Origin: Clostridia bacterium
GTDB lineage: Bacteria > Bacillota > Clostridia > Oscillospirales > Acutalibacteraceae
Direction of reading: 5' to 3'
NCBI GenBank assembly: GCA_017414705.1
Contig: JAFQKX010000008.1
Span: 1 to 47,982 of the forward strand
Length of the DNA stretch: 47,982 bases
Under the pieces are notes generated by a model. That model worked only from the letters and a program-made list of their open reading frames with translations, ran no database searches and was not told the origin of the DNA. This document shows, in pieces, positions 8,036 through 16,097 of the stretch. A program made the translations under genes and the position numbers. Every line of letters starts with the position of its first letter. Position 1 is the stretch's first letter.

Positions 8036-8851
8036 ATGGATATCGTAAAATGCCCCAATTCCGAATGTAATGCAGAGCAGGCCATCTGGATCGACCGTGA
8101 CGGTGACGTAGCCTGCGCCTTCTGCGGCACCAAGATCACCGAGCTGCCCGAGGGAGTCGACCTTGACTCCTATCGCAAGCAGGCGCAGGACCGACTGCTC
8201 GATCAGCCGATCGCCGCTGCCTATGACGACGCAGCGCCCGTCGCTGCCCCCGAGGGCAAGGGAGACGCCGTCTGTGCCGATTTCTCCTTGGAATACGCGC
8301 AGGTCGAGCAGGCACTCTACAAGGCAGATCGCATCAATCCGAGTAAATCCCGTCAGATCATCTTCACCGTTCTTTTGGCGTTGATGTTCTGCTTGGAGGT
8401 CTATCAGATCATCACACAGCTGACCGCTCAGGAGGAGCAGCCGTTTCCTACCATGCCGGTCATTCTGATGATTATGATTGCCTTTATGATCCCTTACCTT
8501 TGGATCTCCCCCAAAAAGCAGTTAAAAAAATACATTGAATCCATTGCCGACGGCACGGTGCTCAATACCATCGTATTTGAGGATCTGCTGCGGATCAAAG
8601 CGGAAAACAGCGACAAATCCACCAAGGTCAAGCTGGACGGTCAAAGCGCCGAGCTCATCGAGACCGAGGATCTGCTGCTGCTTTCGGTCAAGGAGACCGG
8701 CAGCCTTGTCGTGCTGCCGAAATCCGCCTTCGGCGAGCAGCTGGAGACCGTGCGCGAGCGTCTGAAGGCAGGTACTACGCCCTACGTCCCCTTGGCAGAG
8801 CGAAAAGCCAAAAAGTCGCAGCCCGCTTCGGCAGAATCCAATCAACAATAA
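8036..8851 (+). CDS. Zinc-ribbon plus two-TM plus YcxB-like (bPH-type) domain protein
   Basis: ATG 8036 has GAAAGGA 6 nt upstream. The N-terminus has CPNSEC..17..CAFC. Two TM helices follow (IIFTVLLALMFCLEVY, VILMIMIAFMIPYLWI). The C-terminus ..LLLLSVKETGSLVVLPKSAF.. resembles YcxB-like domains. Confidence 0.6.
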   Translation: MDIVKCPNSECNAEQAIWIDRDGDVACAFCGTKITELPEGVDLDSYRKQAQDRLLDQPIAAAYDDAAPVAAPEGKGDAVCADFSLEYAQVEQALYKADRINPSKSRQIIFTVLLALMFCLEVYQIITQLTAQEEQPFPTMPVILMIMIAFMIPYLWISPKKQLKKYIESIADGTVLNTIVFEDLLRIKAENSDKSTKVKLDGQSAELIETEDLLLLSVKETGSLVVLPKSAFGEQLETVRERLKAGTTPYVPLAERKAKKSQPASAESNQQ

Positions 8852-8910
8852 TCCGCGCGTAACCTGCGCGACAATATGCTGAAAACAGCAAGATTGAGGA
8901 AGGTAAAACC

Positions 8911-11487
8911 ATGAGTGAAGAAATTACGGTCAACGGCAGTATGATTCCGGTCGAGATCGTCGACGAAATGCAAAAGGCGTATCTTGCCTATTCCATGTCG
9001 GTTATCGTCGGTCGTGCTCTGCCCGATGTGCGTGTCGGTCTCAAGCCCGTCCACCGCCGCATCCTTTACACAATGTATGAAAACTCGCTGTATCCCGATA
9101 AGCCCTACCGTAAGTGCGCCGATACCGTCGGTTCGGTGCTCGGACGCTATCATCCGCACGGCGACACATCGGTCTACGATGCCATGGTGCGTATGGCGCA
9201 GGATTTCTCGCTGCGTTACATGATGGTAGACGGCCACGGTAACTTCGGTTCCATCGACGGCTATCCCGCCGCTGCTTATCGATACACCGAGTCGCGTCTG
9301 TCCAAGCTGGCAATGGAAATGCTGCGCGATATCGACAAGGATACCGTGGAGTTCACCACCAACTACGACGACCGTCTCAAGGAGCCCACCGTTCTGCCCT
9401 CGCGCATTCCGTCCCTGCTGGTCAACGGCTCGCAGGGGATCGCGGTCGGTATGGCAACCAATATTCCCCCGCACAACCTCGGCGAGGTCATTGACGGCAT
9501 GTGCCATCTTATCGATCACCCCGACTGTGGCTTGGATGAGCTTTGCCAGCATATCAAGGGACCCGATTTCCCCACCGGCGGCGTCATTATGGGACTCAGC
9601 GGCATCCGCGCTGCCTATGCTACCGGCAAGGGTAAGATCGTAGTGCGCGGCAAGAGTGAGATCGAAGAATACCGCAACGGTGCCTACCGCATCACCATCA
9701 CCGAGATCCCCTATATGGTCAATAAGCAGGTGTTGGTCAAATCCATTGCCGATCTGGTCAAGGAAAAGCGCGTGGAAGGTATTGACGACGTGGTCGACCA
9801 TTCCAGCCGTGACGGTATGCGTATCGTCATCGAGCTGAAAAAGGACGTCAATCCGCAGGTGGTGCTCAATCAGCTGTATTCCTATACACAGCTGCAGTCC
9901 ACCTTCGGCGCCATTATGCTTGCCATCGTTGACGGTCAGCCCAAGGTGCTCACCCTCAAGGATATGCTGCAGCATTACATTGACTATCAGTGTGACGTCA
10001 TCGTGCGCCGTACCCGCCACGACCTCAAAAAAGCGCAGGAGCGCGCTCATATTCTGGAAGCACTCAAGACGGCGCTGGATTATATCGACGAGGTCATCAG
10101 TATCATCCGTTCCTCCAAGACCGTGCAGGAAAGCAAGCAGCGCTTGATGGAGCGCTTTGGGTTTGACGAGGAGCAGGCAAACGCCATCGTTCAGATGCGT
10201 TTGGCACAGCTGACCGGTTTGGAACGCAGCAAGATCGAGGACGAGCTCGGCGAGCTGCACGCCAAGATCGAGGAATACCGCCGCATTTTGGCTGACAGCA
10301 GTCTGGTGCTGGGGATCGTCAAGGACGAGGCGCTGACCGTTCGCGACCGTTTCAACGACGAACGTCGCACCGAGATCACCGCCGTCGGCGGTGAGGTAGA
10401 TATTGAAGACCTCATTCCCGTGGAGGAATGTGTCATTACTATGACCAATATGGGTTACGTCAAGCGCCTGCCCGCTTCGGAATTTTCGGTGCAGGGCAGA
10501 GGCGGACGCGGGATCAAGGGTATGTCCCGTCGCGATGACGACTTTGCCAACGAGATGTTCTCCTGCTCGTCACACGATATGATCCTCTTCTTCTCCACCC
10601 GCGGACGCGTTTACCGTCTCAAGGCGTATGAGATCCCCGAGGCATCCCGTACCGCAAAGGGTCTGAATATTATTAACCTCTTGCCCATTCAGTCGGATGA
10701 AAAGATCACCGCCATGATCCGCATCAAGGAATTTGACGAGGAAAGCTATCTGTGCATGGTCACCCGCAAGGGCCTGATCAAGCGCATCCGCTTGGATGAA
10801 TACAACACCGCGCGCAAGGGCGGTATCATCGCCTTGACGCTCAACGAGGACGACGAGCTCGGTTGGGTTAAACTGACCACCGGTCACGACAGTATGATCG
10901 TTGCCACCCGCAAGGGCCAGGCCATTCACTTCTCTGAAGAAGACGTGCGTCCCATGGGACGCACCGCCGCCGGCGTGCGCGCCATCAAGCTCAAGAATGA
11001 GGGCGACGAGGTCATCGGCATGGATGTCGTTACCGAGGACTGCGATATTCTCACCGTTACCGAGACCGGCTACGGACGCCGCTCCAAAATCGATGATTAC
11101 CGTCTGCAGACCCGCGGCGGTTCGGGTACCACCAACTACCGTACCGAGAAATTGGGCGACGTTGCTTCTATTCAGATGGTCAACGATGACGACGATATCA
11201 TTATGATCTCGCAGGAAGGCATCGTGATTCGTATTTGCGCTGCGCAGATCAGCTGCTTCAACCGTCCCGCCAAGGGCGTGCGCGTCATGCGTATGGGCGA
11301 GGGCGACAAGCTGGTCTCCTTCGCCAAGACGGCACACGAGGAGCCGAGCGACGATGAGACCGAAGAGGAGGGCGCAACTACTGCTCCCGAGACTGCTCAA
11401 GTTGCACCTGCCGCCGATGCCACCGTCGAGGCAGAGCAAATGGATGCTCTGCTGCAGGCAGCACAAAGCGAGCCGCAGGCAGAATAA
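8911..11487 (+). CDS. gyrA: DNA gyrase subunit A
   Basis: It has the QRDR-like [19 protein letters not shown], the catalytic-Tyr motif [11 protein letters not shown], the GyrA box [10 protein letters not shown] and an acidic C-terminal tail. No gyrB is present in the window. Confidence 0.95.
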   Translation: MSEEITVNGSMIPVEIVDEMQKAYLAYSMSVIVGRALPDVRVGLKPVHRRILYTMYENSLYPDKPYRKCADTVGSVLGRYHPHGDTSVYDAMVRMAQDFSLRYMMVDGHGNFGSIDGYPAAAYRYTESRLSKLAMEMLRDIDKDTVEFTTNYDDRLKEPTVLPSRIPSLLVNGSQGIAVGMATNIPPHNLGEVIDGMCHLIDHPDCGLDELCQHIKGPDFPTGGVIMGLSGIRAAYATGKGKIVVRGKSEIEEYRNGAYRITITEIPYMVNKQVLVKSIADLVKEKRVEGIDDVVDHSSRDGMRIVIELKKDVNPQVVLNQLYSYTQLQSTFGAIMLAIVDGQPKVLTLKDMLQHYIDYQCDVIVRRTRHDLKKAQERAHILEALKTALDYIDEVISIIRSSKTVQESKQRLMERFGFDEEQANAIVQMRLAQLTGLERSKIEDELGELHAKIEEYRRILADSSLVLGIVKDEALTVRDRFNDERRTEITAVGGEVDIEDLIPVEECVITMTNMGYVKRLPASEFSVQGRGGRGIKGMSRRDDDFANEMFSCSSHDMILFFSTRGRVYRLKAYEIPEASRTAKGLNIINLLPIQSDEKITAMIRIKEFDEESYLCMVTRKGLIKRIRLDEYNTARKGGIIALTLNEDDELGWVKLTTGHDSMIVATRKGQAIHFSEEDVRPMGRTAAGVRAIKLKNEGDEVIGMDVVTEDCDILTVTETGYGRRSKIDDYRLQTRGGSGTTNYRTEKLGDVASIQMVNDDDDIIMISQEGIVIRICAAQISCFNRPAKGVRVMRMGEGDKLVSFAKTAHEEPSDDETEEEGATTAPETAQVAPAADATVEAEQMDALLQAAQSEPQAE

Positions 11488-11501
11488 TTTCCCAAATCAA
11501 A

Positions 11502-11535
11502 AAGAGTCTTTCCGTTTTGGAAAGACTCTTTTATT
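11502..11535 (+). terminator. Rho-independent terminator of gyrA
   Basis: Stem AAGAGTCTTTCC pairs with GGAAAGACTCTT around a 4-5 nt loop, followed by TTATT. Confidence 0.75.
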
Positions 11536-11546
11536 GGTTAAAGAAT

Positions 11547-11858
11547 ACCACCAGCTGTGCTGGTGGTTCCAAAAAGCTTTAGCTTTGCCCAGTCCCGCCG
11601 CAGCGGAAGCCTCCCCTGTGTAAGGGGAGGTGTCACGGCGTTAAGCCGTGACGGAGGGGTTGTACTCGTAGTGACAATCCCCCAGTCACCGCTGTGCGGT
11701 GACAGCCCCCTTTACACAAGGGGGCCTTGGTGCGCCTCTAACCGCATCTGCGGTGGCAGGGCGAGACACGCAAGCGAAAGAGAATTCGATGAGCCTATAG
11801 GCTCGGCTGGTAAAAGGCCCTAAGGGGGCCTGTGCATACCACCGGCACGGCCGGTGGT
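11547..11858. repeat. Composite multi-hairpin palindromic (REP/BIME- or MITE-like) intergenic element
   Basis: At least 10 GC-rich stem-loops fill the convergent gap. Near-identical terminal hairpins are ACCACCAGC-TGT-GCTGGTGGT (11547-11567) and ACCACCGGC-ACG-GCCGGTGGT (11838-11858). An internal block 11610-11652 is approximately reverse-complemented at 11685-11725. Confidence 0.6.
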
Positions 11859-11878
11859 TATGATTTTGAGTTGCGTAT

Positions 11879-12493
11879 TTATCGCAGGAGGCGATTGAGG
11901 ATGCGGGCAAATTCTGAATAATCGTTTAAATAAGCCTCGTCCAACGCCACCATAATAAAGATAAAGACAAAAAACGCAAGCGTGGCAACGCCGATCGCGC
12001 CAAGCACGATACCCGCCAAAGCAGTTCCTTTTCTGTTGGCGCGGTATCCGATGATCCCAAAGATCAACGCAAGGATGGAGCAGGGGAAGGGTGTGCAGGA
12101 GGTCAGACCCAAAATGCCGGTCACCAAGGCAGCCACCGACAATCCGTTTTTGGGCGGCTCCTGCTCAATGGGCATCATCTGGTACGGCATGGGTGCATAC
12201 GGATGATACTGTTGCGGCTGAGGGGTATATGCGGTGGGCTGATATCCTTGCGGATATTCCTGTGTATACGGCTGATATTGCGGCTGGGCGGGGGGATAGG
12301 GCTGCTGCATCGGTGGATAGTCCGGTGCCTGCGGTTGGTATCCCGCCTGCGACTCATACTGCGCAGCTTCGGCCTGCGGTGCAGAGGTCGGGATCACGGG
12401 AGGCTGCGGCGGTGCCTGCATCGGTGACTGTTCCACCGTGGGAGTAACCGTCTGCTCGGGTGTGATGGGGTTCGGATTATTTTGCTGATCCAT
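11879..12493 (-). CDS. DUF4190-like membrane protein with a Pro/Gln/Tyr-rich N-terminal region
   Basis: About 115 aa of PQY-rich low complexity is followed by two TM helices with GLSVAALVTGILGL..ILALIFGIIGY..GIVLGAIG, a pattern typical of DUF4190. Confidence 0.75.
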   Translation of the reverse strand: MDQQNNPNPITPEQTVTPTVEQSPMQAPPQPPVIPTSAPQAEAAQYESQAGYQPQAPDYPPMQQPYPPAQPQYQPYTQEYPQGYQPTAYTPQPQQYHPYAPMPYQMMPIEQEPPKNGLSVAALVTGILGLTSCTPFPCSILALIFGIIGYRANRKGTALAGIVLGAIGVATLAFFVFIFIMVALDEAYLNDYSEFARILNRLLR

Positions 12494-12611
12494 ATCAAAA
12501 AGCCTCCTCGCTTAAACTCTGTTTTCAGTATAACAAAAACGAGATTTGATTGCAACAAAAAATTATGTTTTTGTTTTTTCGAAAAAAGTCGAAAAAGGCA
12601 ATAAGAACCTC

Positions 12612-12640
12612 TTGCATCTATCCTGCTCTGACAGTATAAT
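12612..12640 (+). promoter_or_regulatory. Putative sigma-A promoter of the SGNH lipoprotein gene
   Basis: TTGCAT (12612-12617), 17-nt spacer, TATAAT (12635-12640). Confidence 0.5.
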
Positions 12641-12709
12641 AGAAGCAACGGATGATACGTCTTGTGCGCAGCAACGCTGCGCTGTATTTTTGAGGAAGGA
12701 GGAGCCGTG

Positions 12710-13732
12710 ATGCAAAAGCGTTTTTGTGCCGCCTTGTGCGGTTGCTTGGCGGTATTGCTGCTGAGTGCGGGCTGCTCGCGTAATTTCACCCCCAACGCCA
12801 CCTCATCGCAGGCCGATAGCAGTTCAGCTCCGACCTCTTCCGCAGTCTCCTCATCCTCTGCCGTGTCCTCGGGATATACCGTCTCTGAGTTGGAGCAGCA
12901 TTCGCAGGAGATCCAATACAAGCCGGTCTCGGGCGCGCAGTTCAAGGGATACGTTCCGGCACCCAAGGATTATTTCAAGGATGCTTTGTTTATCGGGGAT
13001 TCCCGTACCGTCGGATTGTATCAAAAATCCGATTTCAAAAGTCAGGCAGACGGATTTTGTAAAGTCAGTATGAGCGTTTACCGCCTCTTTTCCGATAGCA
13101 ACAAGGTCGCGATCGGCGATCTTGGCGAGGTCACGTTGGAAACGCTGCTGCACCAAAAAATCTACGGCAAGATCTATTTGATGCTCGGCATCAACGATAT
13201 CGGCTACGGCGCCGACAGTGTGGCCAAGCAGACCAAAAGCATCATCAAAAAGCTGCGTCAGCTGCAGCCAAGAGCCATTATTTACCTGCAGGCCAATCTG
13301 CACGTCACGCAAGAAAAATCCGACTCGCACGCCGTCTTCAATAACACTAATCTCAATCAGCTCAATGAACAACTCAAGAGCTACGCCGACAACCTGCACG
13401 TATTTTATTTGGACGTCAATCCCGTGTTTGACGACGAAAACGGTGCCCTGCGCAGCGGCTATTCCGGCGATGGGATCCATGTCGGCGGCGCGCAGTACGC
13501 CAAATGGGCAAGGTGGATCAGTCAAAACACCGTGCCGCTTGAGCGTACCTTTGATCTGGAGTACCGCCCCGGCGCGGAATACGATCCGGATTTCTGGCAG
13601 ACCTACATTCAACAGATCAAGCAGCTGCAGCAGGAATCCTCCGCGCCCGATGTGTCGCAGCCGACTGAGCCTGATGCGTCGCAGCCTGCGACCTCCTCCG
13701 TATCAAGTGAGCCTGCAGCCTCGCAAACTTAA
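12710..13732 (+). CDS. SGNH/GDSL hydrolase-family lipoprotein
   Basis: ATG 12710 follows AGGAAGGAGGAG. The lipobox is LLLSAGC. SGNH blocks are FIGDSRTVG, GINDIG and GDGIHV. Ser/Pro-rich linkers sit at both ends. Confidence 0.85.
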   Translation: MQKRFCAALCGCLAVLLLSAGCSRNFTPNATSSQADSSSAPTSSAVSSSSAVSSGYTVSELEQHSQEIQYKPVSGAQFKGYVPAPKDYFKDALFIGDSRTVGLYQKSDFKSQADGFCKVSMSVYRLFSDSNKVAIGDLGEVTLETLLHQKIYGKIYLMLGINDIGYGADSVAKQTKSIIKKLRQLQPRAIIYLQANLHVTQEKSDSHAVFNNTNLNQLNEQLKSYADNLHVFYLDVNPVFDDENGALRSGYSGDGIHVGGAQYAKWARWISQNTVPLERTFDLEYRPGAEYDPDFWQTYIQQIKQLQQESSAPDVSQPTEPDASQPATSSVSSEPAASQT

Positions 13733-13770
13733 AACTGCTTTCCGCACCGTATGCAGAAAGCAGTTTTTTT
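13731..13770. terminator. Shared bidirectional terminator for the convergent SGNH-lipoprotein and trmO genes
   Basis: A perfect 12-bp stem, AAAACTGCTTTC (13731-13742) with GAAAGCAGTTTT (13756-13767), is followed by a T-run. Both stop codons (13730-13732 and 13769-13771) lie in the flanks of the hairpin. Confidence 0.75.
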
Positions 13771-14461
13771 ATTCGGTAATATCACAGACTGTCAGCGTGT
13801 TATTTTCTACCCGAAAACGAATTTCAAAGCCGGCAAACCCAAAGCCGTACACACGCGCGGGATCATCGTGATAGGAGGGGCGCGGATCGCAGGCCAGCAC
13901 CTCCAGCAGTCCTGCACGCTTTTGCTGCGGCAACCGCTGCAGCAGCGCCTCATCGCATTGCACCGTCAGACGGTCGGTACTGTGCTGCTGTCCAAAGCCG
14001 CCACGCGCCTGCGGCATACAGTCGCAGTAGGGAATATAAGGCTTAATGTCGAGAATGGGGGTCTGATCCATCAGATCTGCTCCCGAAACCACCAGCACAG
14101 GGCCGAGGCGTTCATCCTGTCGGATCTCCTTGAGCTGCACGCAGGAAAGCCCGATGGGATTGGGACGAAACGGCGAGCGCGTGGCAAATACCCCGCGGCG
14201 CTCATTTCCGCCAAGCTTGGGCGGACGCACGGTAGCACTCCACTCCTCGCGTGCCGATTCGGAAAATTCCCAAATTAACCATAGGTGAGAAAATTCTTCT
14301 ATTCCGCGCAGCGCGTCGGGATTGCGAAACGGCGGTTCAAACACGATCTCAGCAGTCAGCTCCTGCAGCAAGGCGCTTTGTCGCGGGATCCCGAATTTGG
14401 TGGAAAAATCCGTGTGCGCGCGGGCAATCATATGTAAGGAGGAAGGCTTATTGTTGGTCAT
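13769..14461 (-). CDS. trmO: tRNA (N6-threonylcarbamoyladenosine(37)-N6)-methyltransferase TrmO (YaeB/TsaA family)
   Basis: It has the conserved FSHLWLIW, GVFATRSPFRPNPIGLS and TPILDIKPY motifs of the TsaA/YaeB family. Confidence 0.85.
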   Translation of the reverse strand: MTNNKPSSLHMIARAHTDFSTKFGIPRQSALLQELTAEIVFEPPFRNPDALRGIEEFSHLWLIWEFSESAREEWSATVRPPKLGGNERRGVFATRSPFRPNPIGLSCVQLKEIRQDERLGPVLVVSGADLMDQTPILDIKPYIPYCDCMPQARGGFGQQHSTDRLTVQCDEALLQRLPQQKRAGLLEVLACDPRPSYHDDPARVYGFGFAGFEIRFRVENNTLTVCDITE

Positions 14462-15413
14462 ACAAGCCCTCCATAGGGGTCACGGCAAGTGCCACCCAAC
14501 CGTTTTCATACAATCGCTCCACCACACGCAGTTTTCCGTCTAATGCGTCCAGAATGTCCTGTTCGCGGGTATCTACAATGCCGGACAGCAGCAGGACCCC
14601 GTCCTGCTTGAGCGCCGAGGGGATCTCGGGTAATAATTGCAGCAAAATATCCGCCACGATATTGGCAGCAACCAGATCGTATTTGCCTTGCGCCTGCTCG
14701 GTCAACGAGCCGCAGAAGCAGTCGTAGCGATCTTGTACGCCGTTGACGCGAGCATTCTCGGCGGAGATCCTGACGGCAGACGGATCAATGTCAATACCGT
14801 GCGCCGTATCGGCACCCAGCAGCAACGAGGCAATGGCCAAAATCCCGCTGCCGCAGCCTACGTCCAGCATACGGCACCCTTGCTTTGTGTACCGCTCGAT
14901 CAGCTTGAGGCACAGACGGGTGGTCTCGTGTGCACCGGTGCCAAACACGGCACCCGGCTCAATGGACAGCACCACGCGATCGGTCGCGGGGATCTCCTCC
15001 CAAAGCGGACGGATCAGCAGATGCTCACCCAGCTCCAGACAATGAAAATACTGCTTCCAATGATTGGCCCAGTCCTCCTGCTTGCACAATGAAGTGTTAC
15101 AGGAAAAGGGGATTCCCGCCGCCGTCAACCGCTCCGACACAAAGGAGATGGCTTCTGCGATCGGGGTATGCTCGGGTAAATACAAATGCACGATCGCCTT
15201 GCTGCGATCCTTGCTGCGCAGGGCATCGTCAATGAGATTATCGTGCGTGATCGCCTGCACATCCTCCTCCAAAAATCGGTAGTCCTCCAGATAAATTCCG
15301 TACGGCACCACCATGGTGGCAATATCGGCGGCCTCGTCGGCAAACTGTGCGTCTACCGTGATGCTCAGCTCCTGAAAATCCTCGGTGGGGAAGGTGAATT
15401 GTTCTTCGGTCAT
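14448..15413 (-). CDS. prmA: Ribosomal protein L11 methyltransferase
   Basis: It has W..HWKQYF, GxAFGTGxHETT (GAVFGTGAHETT) and the SAM motif LDVGCGSGILAIA, and overlaps trmO by 14 nt. Confidence 0.9.
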   Translation of the reverse strand: MTEEQFTFPTEDFQELSITVDAQFADEAADIATMVVPYGIYLEDYRFLEEDVQAITHDNLIDDALRSKDRSKAIVHLYLPEHTPIAEAISFVSERLTAAGIPFSCNTSLCKQEDWANHWKQYFHCLELGEHLLIRPLWEEIPATDRVVLSIEPGAVFGTGAHETTRLCLKLIERYTKQGCRMLDVGCGSGILAIASLLLGADTAHGIDIDPSAVRISAENARVNGVQDRYDCFCGSLTEQAQGKYDLVAANIVADILLQLLPEIPSALKQDGVLLLSGIVDTREQDILDALDGKLRVVERLYENGWVALAVTPMEGLYDQQ

Positions 15414-15484
15414 AGTGATTCGCTCCGTTTTTCTGTGATTCTTTAAAAAGTTTACCTTTTTTCATGGAAAATGTCAATTCCCGA

Positions 15485-15513
15485 TTGCACAAACTCGAAA
15501 GATATTGTACAAT
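15485..15513 (+). promoter_or_regulatory. Putative sigma-A promoter of the lipoprotein-MBOAT-DHHW operon
   Basis: TTGCAC (15485-15490), 17-nt spacer, TACAAT (15508-15513). Confidence 0.45.
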
Positions 15514-15559
15514 AAAAAAGTAATTTTGACACCAATTTACCTTTCAAAGGGGAATGTTT

Positions 15560-16081
15560 ATGAAAAACCGTATTTTTTCTCGTTTGTTTTGCCTGCTGCT
15601 CATCCCGGTGCTGTTGGTGACCGCAGGATGCTCCTCGTCGGGCTCTTCGTCCGAATCCTCGCAGTCCAAGCAGCCGATCGAGTTGTCGGCGTTTATGGAT
15701 GCCATGCTGGCGGCTGATAATACCCTGCCGGAAATGGATCGCTATTCCTCGGAGGATGAGGAAGCAGAAACCTTCTATTCTATGGTCTGCGGTCTGGAAT
15801 ATGATAAGGTAGACGGTTATCAATATGCTTGTTCGGTCAACTTTAAACTGGCGGACGAAATCTCTGTTACTCGTCTCAAATCGGTTAACGATGCTGCCGC
15901 TGCTGAAGAGTCTATCCGTCAGCATCTGCTTGTTCGCCAGGGACAGTATGAAAACTATGCACCCGAACAGGTGCCGCGTGTCAAAAAGGCTGTTGTGTTT
16001 ACCCACGGTGTGTATGTCGTTCTGATCGTCAGTGATCAGGCCGCTGCCGTCAAACAGGCGTTTGAAAATTTGATCGGCTGA
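15560..16081 (+). CDS. Secreted lipoprotein, DUF4358-like
   Basis: ATG 15560 is preferred because GGGGA lies 6 nt upstream; the track start at 15554 abuts the RBS. The lipobox is LVTAGC. The family guess is from memory of the ..YENYAPEQ..VVFTHGVYVVLIVS.. pattern. Confidence 0.7.
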   Translation: MKNRIFSRLFCLLLIPVLLVTAGCSSSGSSSESSQSKQPIELSAFMDAMLAADNTLPEMDRYSSEDEEAETFYSMVCGLEYDKVDGYQYACSVNFKLADEISVTRLKSVNDAAAAEESIRQHLLVRQGQYENYAPEQVPRVKKAVVFTHGVYVVLIVSDQAAAVKQAFENLIG

Positions 16082-16097
16082 TCGGAGTTTATCACGT

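Noticed and set aside
11557-11910. ORFs of 88 aa (+) and 74 aa (-) inside the multi-hairpin element. I also considered the idea that the element is RNase P RNA, tmRNA, SRP RNA or 6S RNA.
   Set aside because: The ORFs have no RBS and are made of translated palindromes. I could not find the GAGGAAAGTCC-type RNase P core, a tmRNA tag frame with tRNA-like 3' end, or the SRP domain-IV GGAAGCAGCC-type motif. A repeat element fits better, but a covariance-model scan is still needed.
12394-12966. A 190-aa minus-strand ORF across the DUF4190 / SGNH-lipoprotein intergenic region.
   Set aside because: It spans a divergent promoter region and overlaps both flanking genes. It has no RBS and no recognisable domain.
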